From positions 62,001 to 126,000 of IMG/VR virus record IMGVR_UViG_3300029267_004162: DNA of 64,000 nucleotides; one strand, given 5' to 3'. The notes below the pieces were generated by a model. It did not search any database, was not told the DNA's origin, and saw nothing but the letters and a program-made list of their open reading frames with translations. A program made the translations under genes and the position numbers. Positions 9,263 to 19,239 of this stretch are shown in pieces (position 1 is the stretch's first letter; every line of letters begins with the position of its first letter).

Positions 9263-9742
9263 TTAGACAACCAGTCCGGCATGTTTTAGTATCTGAGAAT
9301 CCCGAAACGTCAAACCTGTTAATTCACCTAGTATCAATGCCCCCTCGGTAGCATCCATCTCTTCCGTGTATTCAAACCCAAGAAAATACTGGGGTGCGTC
9401 TGGATTAATATCCACTGATCCTGGAATCTGAATGGACAGCATTTGTCCAGCAACGACTGAGAAGCTCTTGACAGTGCATGATATCCCCTCATCAGGAGTT
9501 TGAGAAGCAGCCTTCTTTTCTTTGTAGTGCCACACTAGTTTTCCTGGTACGGTCCCATTGCCGCCGGCATGAATCAGATTCAATCTAGGCTGGTGAATTG
9601 AAGTCAGCTTTCGTAGGCTAAGAGAGTCGGACAACGGAGCCCACTGTTCATTACCTAAGTTAATGTCCTTGTTAACCGGGAGTTTCATAATGAGTGATAC
9701 TGGTAGTAACTGTAGATCTGACAAACCATTTCCTCCTACCAC
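9263..9742 (-). CDS. Hypothetical protein
   Basis: ORF track; operon packing. Confidence 0.6.
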   Translation of the reverse strand: MVGGNGLSDLQLLPVSLIMKLPVNKDINLGNEQWAPLSDSLSLRKLTSIHQPRLNLIHAGGNGTVPGKLVWHYKEKKAASQTPDEGISCTVKSFSVVAGQMLSIQIPGSVDINPDAPQYFLGFEYTEEMDATEGALILGELTGLTFRDSQILKHAGLVV

Positions 9743-9744
9743 CG

Positions 9745-10119
9745 TTAGTTATTAACGTCGGGTTCCTCTAACACGAGGGATGCTCTTCCATCATGGGTCG
9801 CATCCTTGTATAATTCCCTATCTAAGACTTCGGGCTGTATGATCCCCGAATACTGCCCCGAATTAACATCAACAAAAATAGAAATGTCATCAAAGTTTTC
9901 TACCTTAAGACGATGGAAGTAAATCCGGAATACGTTATCACTATTAACTTGTTGGGGATAGAAGTACATCTCTGCTATGGGTAATTGACCCCGCCGAACC
10001 TGAACTAAGCCCAAAGTAACTAGAGAGGAGACGAAAGCACCATCTTCCATCAGGTAGGTGTAAACCGCCACTTCCTTACTTTGAGGGTGGATTTCAGCAG
10101 TACCATGCAGAGTGGCCAT
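9745..10119 (-). CDS. Hypothetical protein
   Basis: ORF track; TAATG coupling. Confidence 0.65.
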   Translation of the reverse strand: MATLHGTAEIHPQSKEVAVYTYLMEDGAFVSSLVTLGLVQVRRGQLPIAEMYFYPQQVNSDNVFRIYFHRLKVENFDDISIFVDVNSGQYSGIIQPEVLDRELYKDATHDGRASLVLEEPDVNN

Positions 10120-10385
10120 TACAAAATACTTCCATCGGGATTAGCTCGGGTGTATTCTACCCTCAGTGGTTGTAGGCGTTGTTCTATGTCCATTTTTACC
10201 ACGGCGGGAATGATTCCCCCAGAATACCTGACTTCAACCACCCTAGATGATTGGCCATGTACGATAGCCAATATATGATGACGGCCCACATATTGCTGGG
10301 CCAATAACACTAGTATGGTGTCATCTTCAGGAAATTCTTGACGTAGAGCCACATCAACCTCGACTAAGCATACTGTTTGAACCAC
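10119..10385 (-). CDS. Hypothetical protein
   Basis: ORF track; operon packing. Confidence 0.55.
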   Translation of the reverse strand: MVQTVCLVEVDVALRQEFPEDDTILVLLAQQYVGRHHILAIVHGQSSRVVEVRYSGGIIPAVVKMDIEQRLQPLRVEYTRANPDGSIL

Positions 10386-10726
10386 GCTAGGGCTTCACGA
10401 CAGGCCTCATTATGATGTTTAATTTCAAAATCTTGAACCACCATATCTTGAGGTGGCTTAAATCTCCCGATGGTTTCAACACCATTATAGACCCCAAAGA
10501 TCATCGTGACTATTTCATTCGCAAATTCTGTAGCTGATCGAAGGCCTTCGCCATGGAAAACTTCCATGTAGAAAGTCTTATCAACACCATCATGTGTTTT
10601 GGAAGCGGTCACATTGATGAAGGAGGAATCCACTTCTCTTTGGAGCCTGTATCCCCGACTCTTAAGGAGTTGTGAAACATCCCTTAGGAAAGTCCCAGCA
10701 AACTGGGTAACGATTTGAAGACTCAT
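10364..10726 (-). CDS. Hypothetical protein
   Basis: ORF track; ATGA coupling to the HNH gene. Confidence 0.65.
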   Translation of the reverse strand: MSLQIVTQFAGTFLRDVSQLLKSRGYRLQREVDSSFINVTASKTHDGVDKTFYMEVFHGEGLRSATEFANEIVTMIFGVYNGVETIGRFKPPQDMVVQDFEIKHHNEACREALAWFKQYA

Positions 10727-11151
10727 AATTTTCTTCCAATTTGAAGGTTAGCCTGTCGATCTAGGATAGCCTGGATAAACCGAACATAGCTGGTTTCTCC
10801 AGCCGCCCTGGATTGTTCCTTCAACTTGAGGATTGTTCCAGGAGATAGGTTCAAACGAACTTGTTTCGTCTCGACCTCATCTGGTTCAATTATCTTATCA
10901 GCGATCGTCCGGGCCAAACTGAAACACAGTTGATATTTGGGTGATCCTGGCATCCATTTGGTACTGACCAGGGAAGAAGCGGCTCCAGAATTGCTGATCA
11001 ATTTTAAAGCCACGGCATGAATCAACCGATGACAATTGGGGCAAATATCGGTTAGATTGTGTTGCTCATCGGATCCCCCAAAAGCCTGGGGGATCTTGTG
11101 ATGTTCTTCACCAACCGGACAAAGTTCGGTACAGAGACCGCACCGAATCAT
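10723..11151 (-). CDS. HNH endonuclease with C-terminal ribbon-helix-helix-like segment
   Basis: CGLC...HHKIPQAFGGSDEQHNLTDICPNCHRLIH; start moved to the ATG at 11151 (TGATG overlap). Confidence 0.85.
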   Translation of the reverse strand: MIRCGLCTELCPVGEEHHKIPQAFGGSDEQHNLTDICPNCHRLIHAVALKLISNSGAASSLVSTKWMPGSPKYQLCFSLARTIADKIIEPDEVETKQVRLNLSPGTILKLKEQSRAAGETSYVRFIQAILDRQANLQIGRKL

Positions 11152-11408
11152 CAGACGATAACTAGTTGACGCGACAGGATGGCGTCTTTTAGTTTCTTGT
11201 TGCCTTTGAGGACACCGCCTGGGGCTTTCTTGCACAAATCTACAGATTGACCGGATTGAATTATGATCCGGGTCTTCTTAAATTCACCACCTTTTTTATG
11301 GTCAATGAACTCAACCGGGATAGAAATCTCACCAGCTACGGTACTACGAACGGTGCAAGCACCAGCGTTCAACTTCTCAACTAATTTGCCAAACATTGAA
11401 GTTGCCAA
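11151..11408 (-). CDS. Small hypothetical protein downstream of tape measure
   Basis: 85 aa, TTG start with AGGAG SD; IQSGQSVDL...LKDAILSRQLVIV resembles the N-terminus of ORF 5674-6225. Confidence 0.6.
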   Translation of the reverse strand: MATSMFGKLVEKLNAGACTVRSTVAGEISIPVEFIDHKKGGEFKKTRIIIQSGQSVDLCKKAPGGVLKGNKKLKDAILSRQLVIV

Positions 11409-11419
11409 GGTACATCTCC

Positions 11420-14400
11420 TTATATACGAGTCTTCTTGGAATTCTGCTGAATAAAGTCGTTAGTTTTACTTAGAGTGTGTGGGAAATTCTTGACCTTAAT
11501 GACCAATTTTCCGTTCTCAAACGTGGCTTCTCCATCCACACCTTCTCCTCCTCTTTGTACTGATCCAGCGGAGGTTTCTTTAGGAGGTATGTACATTGTT
11601 GGAGGTTGATTATACGTGGTGGCTTCTCCGAATGGCCTGTCAGGCTTAATACTCGGATTAGGTGCCAAGGGTGACCCCGACAATGCTCTAGCTCGTAATA
11701 GATAAGCCTGGCTTTCCTCTCTGGCTTTTTCCAGATTCTCCTTGACTTTGCGAACCCATTCACTGTCCTTATTTTCATCCCCTTCCAATTCACCGAGAAG
11801 CTTTCTTTTTCTCTCGGCTATGGCTTCACGTTCTTTGGCATTGAGAGTATTGACATTCTCATCGGCCTTCATGTAACGTTCTTCCGCAGTCTGGGATTTT
11901 TCGGCTTGTTCTTGTAAACCTTGCAATCGATCAAACTGCTCAGAACGGAATTGCTGCTCATTAGCTAACAGCGATTGAGCCTTGTCCTCGCCAAACACGG
12001 TAGCAAAATATTTCTTGACTATCTCCGGATCAGCCCCTTCAGCCAACATCCCTAGGGCTTCATCGGTCATCCTAACCAATTCCTGCTGTTGCTTGAGTTC
12101 CTTTTCGGCTATCGCTTTCTTTTCCTTAGACTCAGTTATGCGAGTTGTTAATTCCTTAGCAGTAGCCACCCCAGCGTTTTTGAGCAGTTCCAATCGCTTT
12201 CTTTCGAAATCTCTCCTGATTCCGAAAGTAGCCTCATAGATCAAACTCTCTTCGGCTTCACCCAAGGCACGTTCACGCGTATCCTCTATTCGACGCTGTT
12301 CTCTATCTGCCTTCTTTTGAACCCCGGCTGCTTGACGACGACCCATTATGAGTTTCTGACCTTTTTCATACGCGGCTTTACGACCTAGAAGAGCATGCAC
12401 CTCTCCGGTTTCAGCTATTAACAGGGAACCCTTGGAGGTATACTCATTGATAGTCTGAATGGATTGCAATTTTTTCTGAAGTTCTTCATCGGTCAGTTCG
12501 GCTTCTTTCTTTCCTTTCAACGCCCCCAGTGTTCGGAAAGCAGTTTGTAGCATCAGCATTTTGTCATCAAGTTCGGTTACTTCTCTAAGGCCTTCATCAG
12601 TCCTAACCGTTTTAGAAAGGCCCCTTTGTTGTAACAGAATTCCAAATTGATCGGCTGACATCCGAGCGGATTCCTGTACCAAATCTTGGATGTCTTGATT
12701 ATATTTTTCGATTTCTCGCTTGGCTGTAGTTTTTCTACTACCATACGAATCCCCCTGCCAATCCTCCATAGCCGATTTACCCAATCCTGTGATAGATCCC
12801 TTATCCAGATACAAGTGTTCAAATTGGGCGGCTAATTCCAAACGTCGAGCGGCTGCTAGGGTTTCCTCTGCCAAAGCTGAATTACCAGCTTCTGCGGCTG
12901 CACGAAGTGAAGTGGAAAGGTCCATCAATTTCTGCTGAGTAATGGTAGTCTGTTCATTGGTTGCTATTTGAGCGGTAATTTTCTTTTGCTCATTTTCCAG
13001 ATATTGACGAGTTAGATCGTCGTTGTACCCGGCCAAACGTTGAGATACTTCGGCTTCTCTTATACGAAGCCGGGCCAAATCACGTTGGGCTTTTTTGGAT
13101 TTCTCTACGGCTTTGAGTTCAATCAAATCCGCTTCGGTTCGCATATTTTCTAGTTTAGCAGCTCGTTTGGGATCAGCCATGACATCCATAAATGCATCAG
13201 CGGCTGAGCCTCCCATTTTATGCCCCAATGCACCCCCACCAAAACCACCGATAATTCCACCGACCACACCACCAATAGCTGTTCCAATGATGGGGACCAC
13301 CGATCCTACAGCAGCCCCGGCCATAGCTCCAGTAGCCATTCCACCCATTCCGCCAATAACCCCACCTGCTGCACCCCCTACACCACGAGCAGCTCCACCA
13401 TATTGAGCGGTTGCTAATTCGGTCAACCCTGCGGTAGCCTCTTTCTTCTGATCTTGTAGAGTTCGCAAGAGTGCCAGATTACCATCGGCCTTGGCTTGTT
13501 CGATATCCAGATTGAGTTGAGAAACTTCTCTCTGCTTGATGGTGATTTGTTCGGTATCACTCAAAGCATCGATCACACCTTTAGTGGCTACGCCCATTTC
13601 CACTAGTCCCAATGCAAGTCCAATTGGTCCTAGAGCTTTACCGGCCCCTTTCAAGCCCACGGCGGCTCCACCTTGTAGTGCTCCAGCACCAGCTTTAGTC
13701 GCTTGTAAAGCTTTACCAGGTATCTGACCAGCGCCACGAATACGCGAGCCCCAACGAGCAGCAAAACCACCAGTTTTTGTTGCGGCTCCTGTTGCAGCGG
13801 CTCCCCCACCTCGACCACCAAGTTTACCTGCTAGACCCGGTATCCCACCGGCTTTTTGCAACAAAGCAGTCCCGGCCACAGTGGCAATTAGAGCATACAG
13901 TATACCCGTATGGCTCTTTAGTTCCTCCCAAATGGATTCCAGGTACATACCTGGTTTGGCTCGTCGGAGAATATCCGCGACTTCCTCCATAGGCTCAATA
14001 ACTTCTTCACGAGCCTCATCTCCCAGCAAACCCATGTCCTTGATGTGTTTTGTGAAATCCTCCCGGCCGTACTCAGCTACTTTGGCCAGCTCTAAAGCGG
14101 TTTCTTCAGTACCACCAATCATGGCTTTGATAGCCCGGACATTACTTTGCTGGGCGAATCCAAAGATTTCATCCAGCCACGTTCTATTTTCACCCATCAA
14201 TTGTTGTTGGGTCTTTTGATTCTTGCGAACTAGATCAAAATTAGCCTGACTGATCGTGTACATGTCTGCACGACCTTCCTTCATCAGGCCAGTTTGCATA
14301 GCCAACTGTTTAGCGACTATCAATTGCTGATTATATTCTTCAGTACCAGCCTTTAACCCAGCGGTAAGTTTGGTAACCAACACAGATTCAATTTCTGTAC

Positions 14401-15787
14401 GATCAGTCAAACCACTCGTAATCTGGTTAATTTCCCTTTGCATCTGTAAGGCATACCGAATGCCCATAGGCATTTCTTTAGCAGAATCTCCCAGTAACAT
14501 TTCGGTCAGATCACGAGCACGTTTAAGAGCTGTCTCCTGGCTATACCCGAATTCCTTTAGTTGACCAGTAAAACCAGTAAAGATACGAGAAACGGTCTGA
14601 GTGCTAGAACCAAAATCACCCATCGTTTGAACGAGATCAAACAATACCTTATTGACAGCATCGATCTCCATGCGTCTAACACCCGTCTCCTGTAGACGGT
14701 CGTTCATTTGAGTCACAGAGTTAGATATAGCAAATAGATTACGAGAAGCATCGGTAGCTGACATCCCAACAGTGTTTTTGAGATGCGCTAATAGATCCAC
14801 CATCGTATCTGTCTCGGTTTGGAACGTCCGAGACAGTAAGATTACGTCTTCAGTCAAGCTTCTCAGTTCTGATCGTGTTGCTGGAATGATCTTATCCCAC
14901 ACACTCTTTTGAATCTCGGAAACCTTATCGAACTCCATTCCCCAAGTTCGCGTTAGTTCAGCGGCATCAGCCCGGAGTTTATCGGTTCGACCAAACACTC
15001 CAGATGACATATCATAAAAATCAGCAGTGGCCTCTCGGAGGCGGGTGGCTGCTGCTTCAGGGTCACTAAATTCTTGACCGCTAATGCCGAACGCCATGGC
15101 TCCCCCAATTCCAAATTCGGCTGCCTTGCCACGGGTCTCCAGAGCGGTACTAATAGCTCCGGCTACAGTCATAACCTGCAACAGGGGTCCTGTTAGCTCT
15201 CGGAGGTAAGAACCAATTTCTTGGGAAGCGCGTCCACCACCCCCACCACCATATCCCCCACCACCACTGTCGTAATCATCTCCCCCGCCACCAGCACCCC
15301 CTGCACCTGCCCCAGCACCTATACCCTCAACAAATCGACCTTTAGTGTCACGACTCCGAGAAGACAGATCCTCACGTCGTAAACGTTTGCGAAGTTTGTG
15401 CTCATCCATCATAGTATTGATGATGGAACCACGGGCTCGAATTTCTTTCCCTGTTGAGTCTACTTGCCTCTGCTGAATTTTGATCCCGGCCTGATCCAGT
15501 CTCATAGACCGGAATCCTAATGCCAAGGCAGTACGCCCCATCATCAGACGGGTTTGATCTAGTTTTCTCCCAGCTTCTCCATATTGAGCCGCTGTAGCTG
15601 ACATTTGGTCAAAGGCAGCAGAGACCCCCATGGTTCGGCTAGAAAGGAGATCTAGATTATTCCATAGCTGATCAACCGCCGTTCCTGGGGCTCCTCCGGG
15701 ATCAACTGAATAACGAGTTGCACCGGGTACATCCCCACCACCAGACGGGGTATTCGGTAATTCAGGTTCTTTGGGGTGCATTGGCAA
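11420..15787 (-). CDS. Tail tape measure protein
   Basis: 1455 aa, long helical/coiled-coil sequence with Gly/Ala-rich hydrophobic block (GAAVGSVVPIIGTAIGGVVGGIIGG) in the tail module. Confidence 0.8.
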   Translation of the reverse strand: MPMHPKEPELPNTPSGGGDVPGATRYSVDPGGAPGTAVDQLWNNLDLLSSRTMGVSAAFDQMSATAAQYGEAGRKLDQTRLMMGRTALALGFRSMRLDQAGIKIQQRQVDSTGKEIRARGSIINTMMDEHKLRKRLRREDLSSRSRDTKGRFVEGIGAGAGAGGAGGGGDDYDSGGGGYGGGGGGRASQEIGSYLRELTGPLLQVMTVAGAISTALETRGKAAEFGIGGAMAFGISGQEFSDPEAAATRLREATADFYDMSSGVFGRTDKLRADAAELTRTWGMEFDKVSEIQKSVWDKIIPATRSELRSLTEDVILLSRTFQTETDTMVDLLAHLKNTVGMSATDASRNLFAISNSVTQMNDRLQETGVRRMEIDAVNKVLFDLVQTMGDFGSSTQTVSRIFTGFTGQLKEFGYSQETALKRARDLTEMLLGDSAKEMPMGIRYALQMQREINQITSGLTDRTEIESVLVTKLTAGLKAGTEEYNQQLIVAKQLAMQTGLMKEGRADMYTISQANFDLVRKNQKTQQQLMGENRTWLDEIFGFAQQSNVRAIKAMIGGTEETALELAKVAEYGREDFTKHIKDMGLLGDEAREEVIEPMEEVADILRRAKPGMYLESIWEELKSHTGILYALIATVAGTALLQKAGGIPGLAGKLGGRGGGAAATGAATKTGGFAARWGSRIRGAGQIPGKALQATKAGAGALQGGAAVGLKGAGKALGPIGLALGLVEMGVATKGVIDALSDTEQITIKQREVSQLNLDIEQAKADGNLALLRTLQDQKKEATAGLTELATAQYGGAARGVGGAAGGVIGGMGGMATGAMAGAAVGSVVPIIGTAIGGVVGGIIGGFGGGALGHKMGGSAADAFMDVMADPKRAAKLENMRTEADLIELKAVEKSKKAQRDLARLRIREAEVSQRLAGYNDDLTRQYLENEQKKITAQIATNEQTTITQQKLMDLSTSLRAAAEAGNSALAEETLAAARRLELAAQFEHLYLDKGSITGLGKSAMEDWQGDSYGSRKTTAKREIEKYNQDIQDLVQESARMSADQFGILLQQRGLSKTVRTDEGLREVTELDDKMLMLQTAFRTLGALKGKKEAELTDEELQKKLQSIQTINEYTSKGSLLIAETGEVHALLGRKAAYEKGQKLIMGRRQAAGVQKKADREQRRIEDTRERALGEAEESLIYEATFGIRRDFERKRLELLKNAGVATAKELTTRITESKEKKAIAEKELKQQQELVRMTDEALGMLAEGADPEIVKKYFATVFGEDKAQSLLANEQQFRSEQFDRLQGLQEQAEKSQTAEERYMKADENVNTLNAKEREAIAERKRKLLGELEGDENKDSEWVRKVKENLEKAREESQAYLLRARALSGSPLAPNPSIKPDRPFGEATTYNQPPTMYIPPKETSAGSVQRGGEGVDGEATFENGKLVIKVKNFPHTLSKTNDFIQQNSKKTRI

Positions 15788-16733
15788 TTAAATCCGCTTT
15801 ATTGGCTCGACCATCAGCATCAAAAGACTTTTGTGTGGTAGCCTGATCTTGTGGTGTCCCGACTGGAACCGATTGCATAATTTGCACGAAGGTGCGTTTA
15901 TCCAAGTTCCAGAGTTCTACCAAACCAGGCTTATCTGAACCACGGTACATTTGGTGTTCACTAACTGTGTGAGCTTGTTCAACTGTCAAGGTACGATCCT
16001 GAGTAGCCTTCACTACCTCGGCTTGTTCTCGAACTTCAGGATCTTGAGAAAGAGAGGCTTGTTTGACAGCTACTTGCTGATCTAACTGTCTTTGTTCTTT
16101 GGCTTCCGCGATCTTAGGAGCTAGTGAACGTTTGATTTCCTTCAGAATGCGGGGCTCAATAACTTGTGCCAGAGGAACTCTGATTTCACTAGTAGATTCA
16201 ACGATATTGGCTCCCTCACTAGCGGCTAGATCATCAGCACTCCACAATACTCCAAGAGATTTTTCTAACCGCTCCATTTGCTGAGCACTTTGATAACTCT
16301 GGAAGATAGAGCGAAGTCGGTTGGTTAGATAGTTGACTCGGACTGGATCTCCTAGACCAGCAAAACTTTTGCTGATCTTCCAAGCCGAATCCAGTATCTG
16401 TTCATAGTCAGGTAAAGGAAACACTTGGAGCAGAGCCAACGAAATGCCTGTTACCAATGCATAGGGAACCTGATAGTACGAATTAGCCAGGTCCAAAAAA
16501 CTTTGCGGACCGGTTACGATTTCTGGCCCAATGGAATAAGTTAGAGCGCTACAAACAGCACACTCTCTATCAGGGGCGGAGTAAAACAGATCAGAGTAGG
16601 TGGAAAACCGATCAAAAGTCCATTCCGTGAAAACTATGCCCTTCCAATTCCAACGACGGGGGTTAATGCCCCCAAATTCCAAGAGAACTTGTCGTTGGAG
16701 AGCCTCAGTAGTAGTGGTAGGGGCGGTGGTCAC
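15762..16733 (-). CDS. Putative tail assembly chaperone
   Basis: Position immediately upstream of tape measure; GTGA overlap with preceding ORF. Confidence 0.45.
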   Translation of the reverse strand: MTTAPTTTTEALQRQVLLEFGGINPRRWNWKGIVFTEWTFDRFSTYSDLFYSAPDRECAVCSALTYSIGPEIVTGPQSFLDLANSYYQVPYALVTGISLALLQVFPLPDYEQILDSAWKISKSFAGLGDPVRVNYLTNRLRSIFQSYQSAQQMERLEKSLGVLWSADDLAASEGANIVESTSEIRVPLAQVIEPRILKEIKRSLAPKIAEAKEQRQLDQQVAVKQASLSQDPEVREQAEVVKATQDRTLTVEQAHTVSEHQMYRGSDKPGLVELWNLDKRTFVQIMQSVPVGTPQDQATTQKSFDADGRANKADLIANAPQRT

Positions 16734-17374
16734 AGGTTACCACGTTGTAGAATTTCTTTCTGGCTAGCTACTTGAGCCGAGTGATCTTCAGGATGTTGGG
16801 ATGGTGGTGTTTGGTCACTCGCCTCGCTCAGTTGAGCCTTAACTTCCTCTCGTGTAGCATCCTCTTCTGTCGGTTGAGCGGGTGCTGCGGCGGCGGCTTC
16901 AGATTCTACTTTCGTTTGCAGAGAGTCTAAAAACTGCGTATCCATGAAGGTCTTATGACCATCCATCATCATGTTGTAGGCTGCAACTACTACATCGACG
17001 GGAAGTTGATCAACCACGTCCAGTAGATTATTAGCGATGACATGACGAAGGTTGGTATGCCAGACCCAAAAGTCCAGTTTGGTATAATCACCCGGATAGC
17101 CAAGTTCGACGGGATCGATATCCAATTCATCAAATATCAAAACCGGTTCTTCATCGCGAAGACGAACCTGATAAGTAGCCATGGCTAAAGTTCTACGGGC
17201 GGCTGATTGGATTTGACTCATCCGGCTGGTACCATCCACACCAGCAGCCACCCAACGAGCAGGCTCTCCACTGAGAGGGTAGCAGTTGAAGAAATACCCC
17301 GGTAAAATTTCTACCCATACGAAAGCTGCTTCACCGTTGAGTCGGTTTACTAGATCATCTAGTATGCGTGGCAC
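16730..17374 (-). CDS. Putative tail assembly chaperone
   Basis: Acidic 214-aa ORF two genes upstream of tape measure; SD GAGGAG. Confidence 0.45.
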   Translation of the reverse strand: MPRILDDLVNRLNGEAAFVWVEILPGYFFNCYPLSGEPARWVAAGVDGTSRMSQIQSAARRTLAMATYQVRLRDEEPVLIFDELDIDPVELGYPGDYTKLDFWVWHTNLRHVIANNLLDVVDQLPVDVVVAAYNMMMDGHKTFMDTQFLDSLQTKVESEAAAAAPAQPTEEDATREEVKAQLSEASDQTPPSQHPEDHSAQVASQKEILQRGNL

Positions 17375-17392
17375 AACCTTACTCCTCTGTGT

Positions 17393-17968
17393 TTACCGGT
17401 CTAAAGTTTTGTTGTACTGAGCGACTTCTTTTTTTAGTCTCTCATAATCCTTCCGCGTGTTTTTTACGATTACCTCATCATCAGCCGTCTTTTGAGATTT
17501 TTGCATCCTCCTCAATAGCTGACTCATTCCGTGGACCATCTGATTGATGTCTTCTAGCACCTCAGGAGATGGTCCCTTGGCCTTTTTCTTGGCCTTTTTA
17601 CCCTTCTTGGCTACCTGGGGCTTACTCTTGGTCTTCCTAGCCTTCCTGGGGGTTTTCTTGACCTTCTTTTTGACCTTTTTCTTGGCTGCTGCCAAAGCAA
17701 AAGATTCGACATCAGTGATAGCGGTGGCGCCCGGAGAGGGGCCGAAAAGCTGCCAAGGAGCCCGCTTTCGCTTCTTGGCGAAACGAACCACCTCAGCCAA
17801 AAACTGCTTCATGCGGTCACCGGATAGTTTCCGCGTAACCGGGTCACCCTCAGATCGTTGGAGGGTGACCCGGACAGAATGGGGATCGAGAGTCTGGATT
17901 AGACAGGAATTCTTTTGATCCCCAAATAAGACTCGTTGATTAGAACTTCTAACCCAGTAGTAACTCAT
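17393..17968 (-). CDS. Lys-rich (histone H1-like tract) hypothetical protein
   Basis: AAAKKKVKKKVKKTPRKARKTKSKPQVAKKGKKAKKKAK; start moved to MSYYW. Confidence 0.65.
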   Translation of the reverse strand: MSYYWVRSSNQRVLFGDQKNSCLIQTLDPHSVRVTLQRSEGDPVTRKLSGDRMKQFLAEVVRFAKKRKRAPWQLFGPSPGATAITDVESFALAAAKKKVKKKVKKTPRKARKTKSKPQVAKKGKKAKKKAKGPSPEVLEDINQMVHGMSQLLRRMQKSQKTADDEVIVKNTRKDYERLKKEVAQYNKTLDR

Positions 17969-18040
17969 AGCAATCTCTATCAAACATGTTCTTCTAGTCA
18001 GCGATAAGACCACCTAGTTTACTCACGGTTTTCTCCAATT

Positions 18041-18523
18041 TCAAAAGATGAAAGCGTACCCATCTTGGGCACCCGCAAAATCAATTTCCAGGGTGTCAGG
18101 ACCCATAACTCGTATGGCGTTGGGGAACAACAAAGTATCTGCGTTGTCATAGACCGCCACGTCTGCGAACTGCTGGCCCAGACCATGTGAAATTGTCCAG
18201 GTAGTAGCGGCTGCGCCTTGTATGTGATGATACGTAGGAACGGATGATCCAACGATGTCAATCACAAATACCGTTCCTGCCTGGGGCGAGGAGAAGGTAG
18301 CAACTGAATTGTTGACTGTTAGCACCAACGAATTGGGGTATAGCTCTTGGAATGCCGAATCAAAGAAACGGCAAACCACCTCTTTACCTAGATGGTGAAC
18401 GATATTCCATGTGGGCGATGGGGTAGTAAATTCGTATCGCTCCAGGAAGATACCTTCGGCCAGATGATGCTCACCTAATACTAGGTTGTATCCGGGATAA
18501 GTTGTATGAACGCGATTTAGCAC
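18041..18523 (-). CDS. Tail-fibre-associated protein with two TW-x-I-x-H-x-LG modules
   Basis: TWNIVHHLG...QAGTVFV and TWTISHGLG...QDGYAFI; a third copy (VWTITHGFG...QAGRATL) lies in the 1007-aa protein. Confidence 0.7.
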   Translation of the reverse strand: MLNRVHTTYPGYNLVLGEHHLAEGIFLERYEFTTPSPTWNIVHHLGKEVVCRFFDSAFQELYPNSLVLTVNNSVATFSSPQAGTVFVIDIVGSSVPTYHHIQGAAATTWTISHGLGQQFADVAVYDNADTLLFPNAIRVMGPDTLEIDFAGAQDGYAFIF

Positions 18524-18532
18524 GTTGATCTC

Positions 18533-19228
18533 CTAGTCGTAAGGGTCAAATGATACATCATAAGCGTAGAAGCACCAATCGACGTTTACCTTTTGGTATA
18601 GTAGGTTCTTAAAGGTAACCACAAAACCACAAACGTTGGGGTCGCAGTAAGGCACAACCTCTGATCTGGTTATGGAATCATCGTCGGTAATTATTACGAG
18701 GTCTGCCTCGGTGAAGTTTTGTGGGAACTCATATCCCTCAAACGCCACCCCATACACACCATTTTCTAATTGACCTACTACATAGCCATAACCATTGAAG
18801 GCGGTTCCGTCGTTATTGACACACCCTAGGGCTACAGCATAAAGGTCTTCGCCATCAGCGCCATCGGTACCATCAGCGCCATCTGTTCCATCAGCGCCAT
18901 CTGTTCCATCAGCGCCATCTGTTCCATCAGCGCCATCTGTTCCATCTGTTCCATCGGTACCATCTGTTCCATCAGCACCATCAGCACCATCAGCACCATC
19001 AGCACCATCAGCACCATCAGCACCAGTTTCACCCTGGGGTCCTGCTTCACCTTGAAGGCCGGGCAGGCCCTGAAGAAGAGGTGGTCTATTAGCCTCTTGG
19101 GCATTATCGATTACTTCACTAATGAATGCGGCAGTTCCGACTCCTAATAGGTCTACACCAGAGACGGGGCATCCCCCGCTAAGAACCGGAATAAGAACAA
19201 GTGCCAATACAATACAATAACGTTTCAT
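18533..19228 (-). CDS. Collagen-like lipoprotein
   Basis: Signal peptide MKRYCIVLALVLIPVLSGGC, 25 Gly-X-Y triplets, small C-terminal beta domain. Confidence 0.8.
   Translation of the reverse strand: MKRYCIVLALVLIPVLSGGCPVSGVDLLGVGTAAFISEVIDNAQEANRPPLLQGLPGLQGEAGPQGETGADGADGADGADGADGADGTDGTDGTDGTDGADGTDGADGTDGADGTDGADGTDGADGEDLYAVALGCVNNDGTAFNGYGYVVGQLENGVYGVAFEGYEFPQNFTEADLVIITDDDSITRSEVVPYCDPNVCGFVVTFKNLLYQKVNVDWCFYAYDVSFDPYD
18845..19069 (-). repeat. 9-bp-periodic collagen-coding repeat (mostly GAD/GTD)
   Basis: CCATCAGCA / CCATCTGTT / CCATCAGCG units on the plus strand; 225 bp = 25 triplets. Confidence 0.9.
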
Positions 19229-19239
19229 TGCGGATTCCT

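Noticed and set aside
16700-16780. Programmed frameshift between the two putative tail chaperones
   Set aside because: No clear slippery heptamer near the junction; a GTGA overlap explains the coupling
18832-19104. 90-aa ORF with LMV/MEQ repeats
   Set aside because: Alternate frame of the collagen repeat
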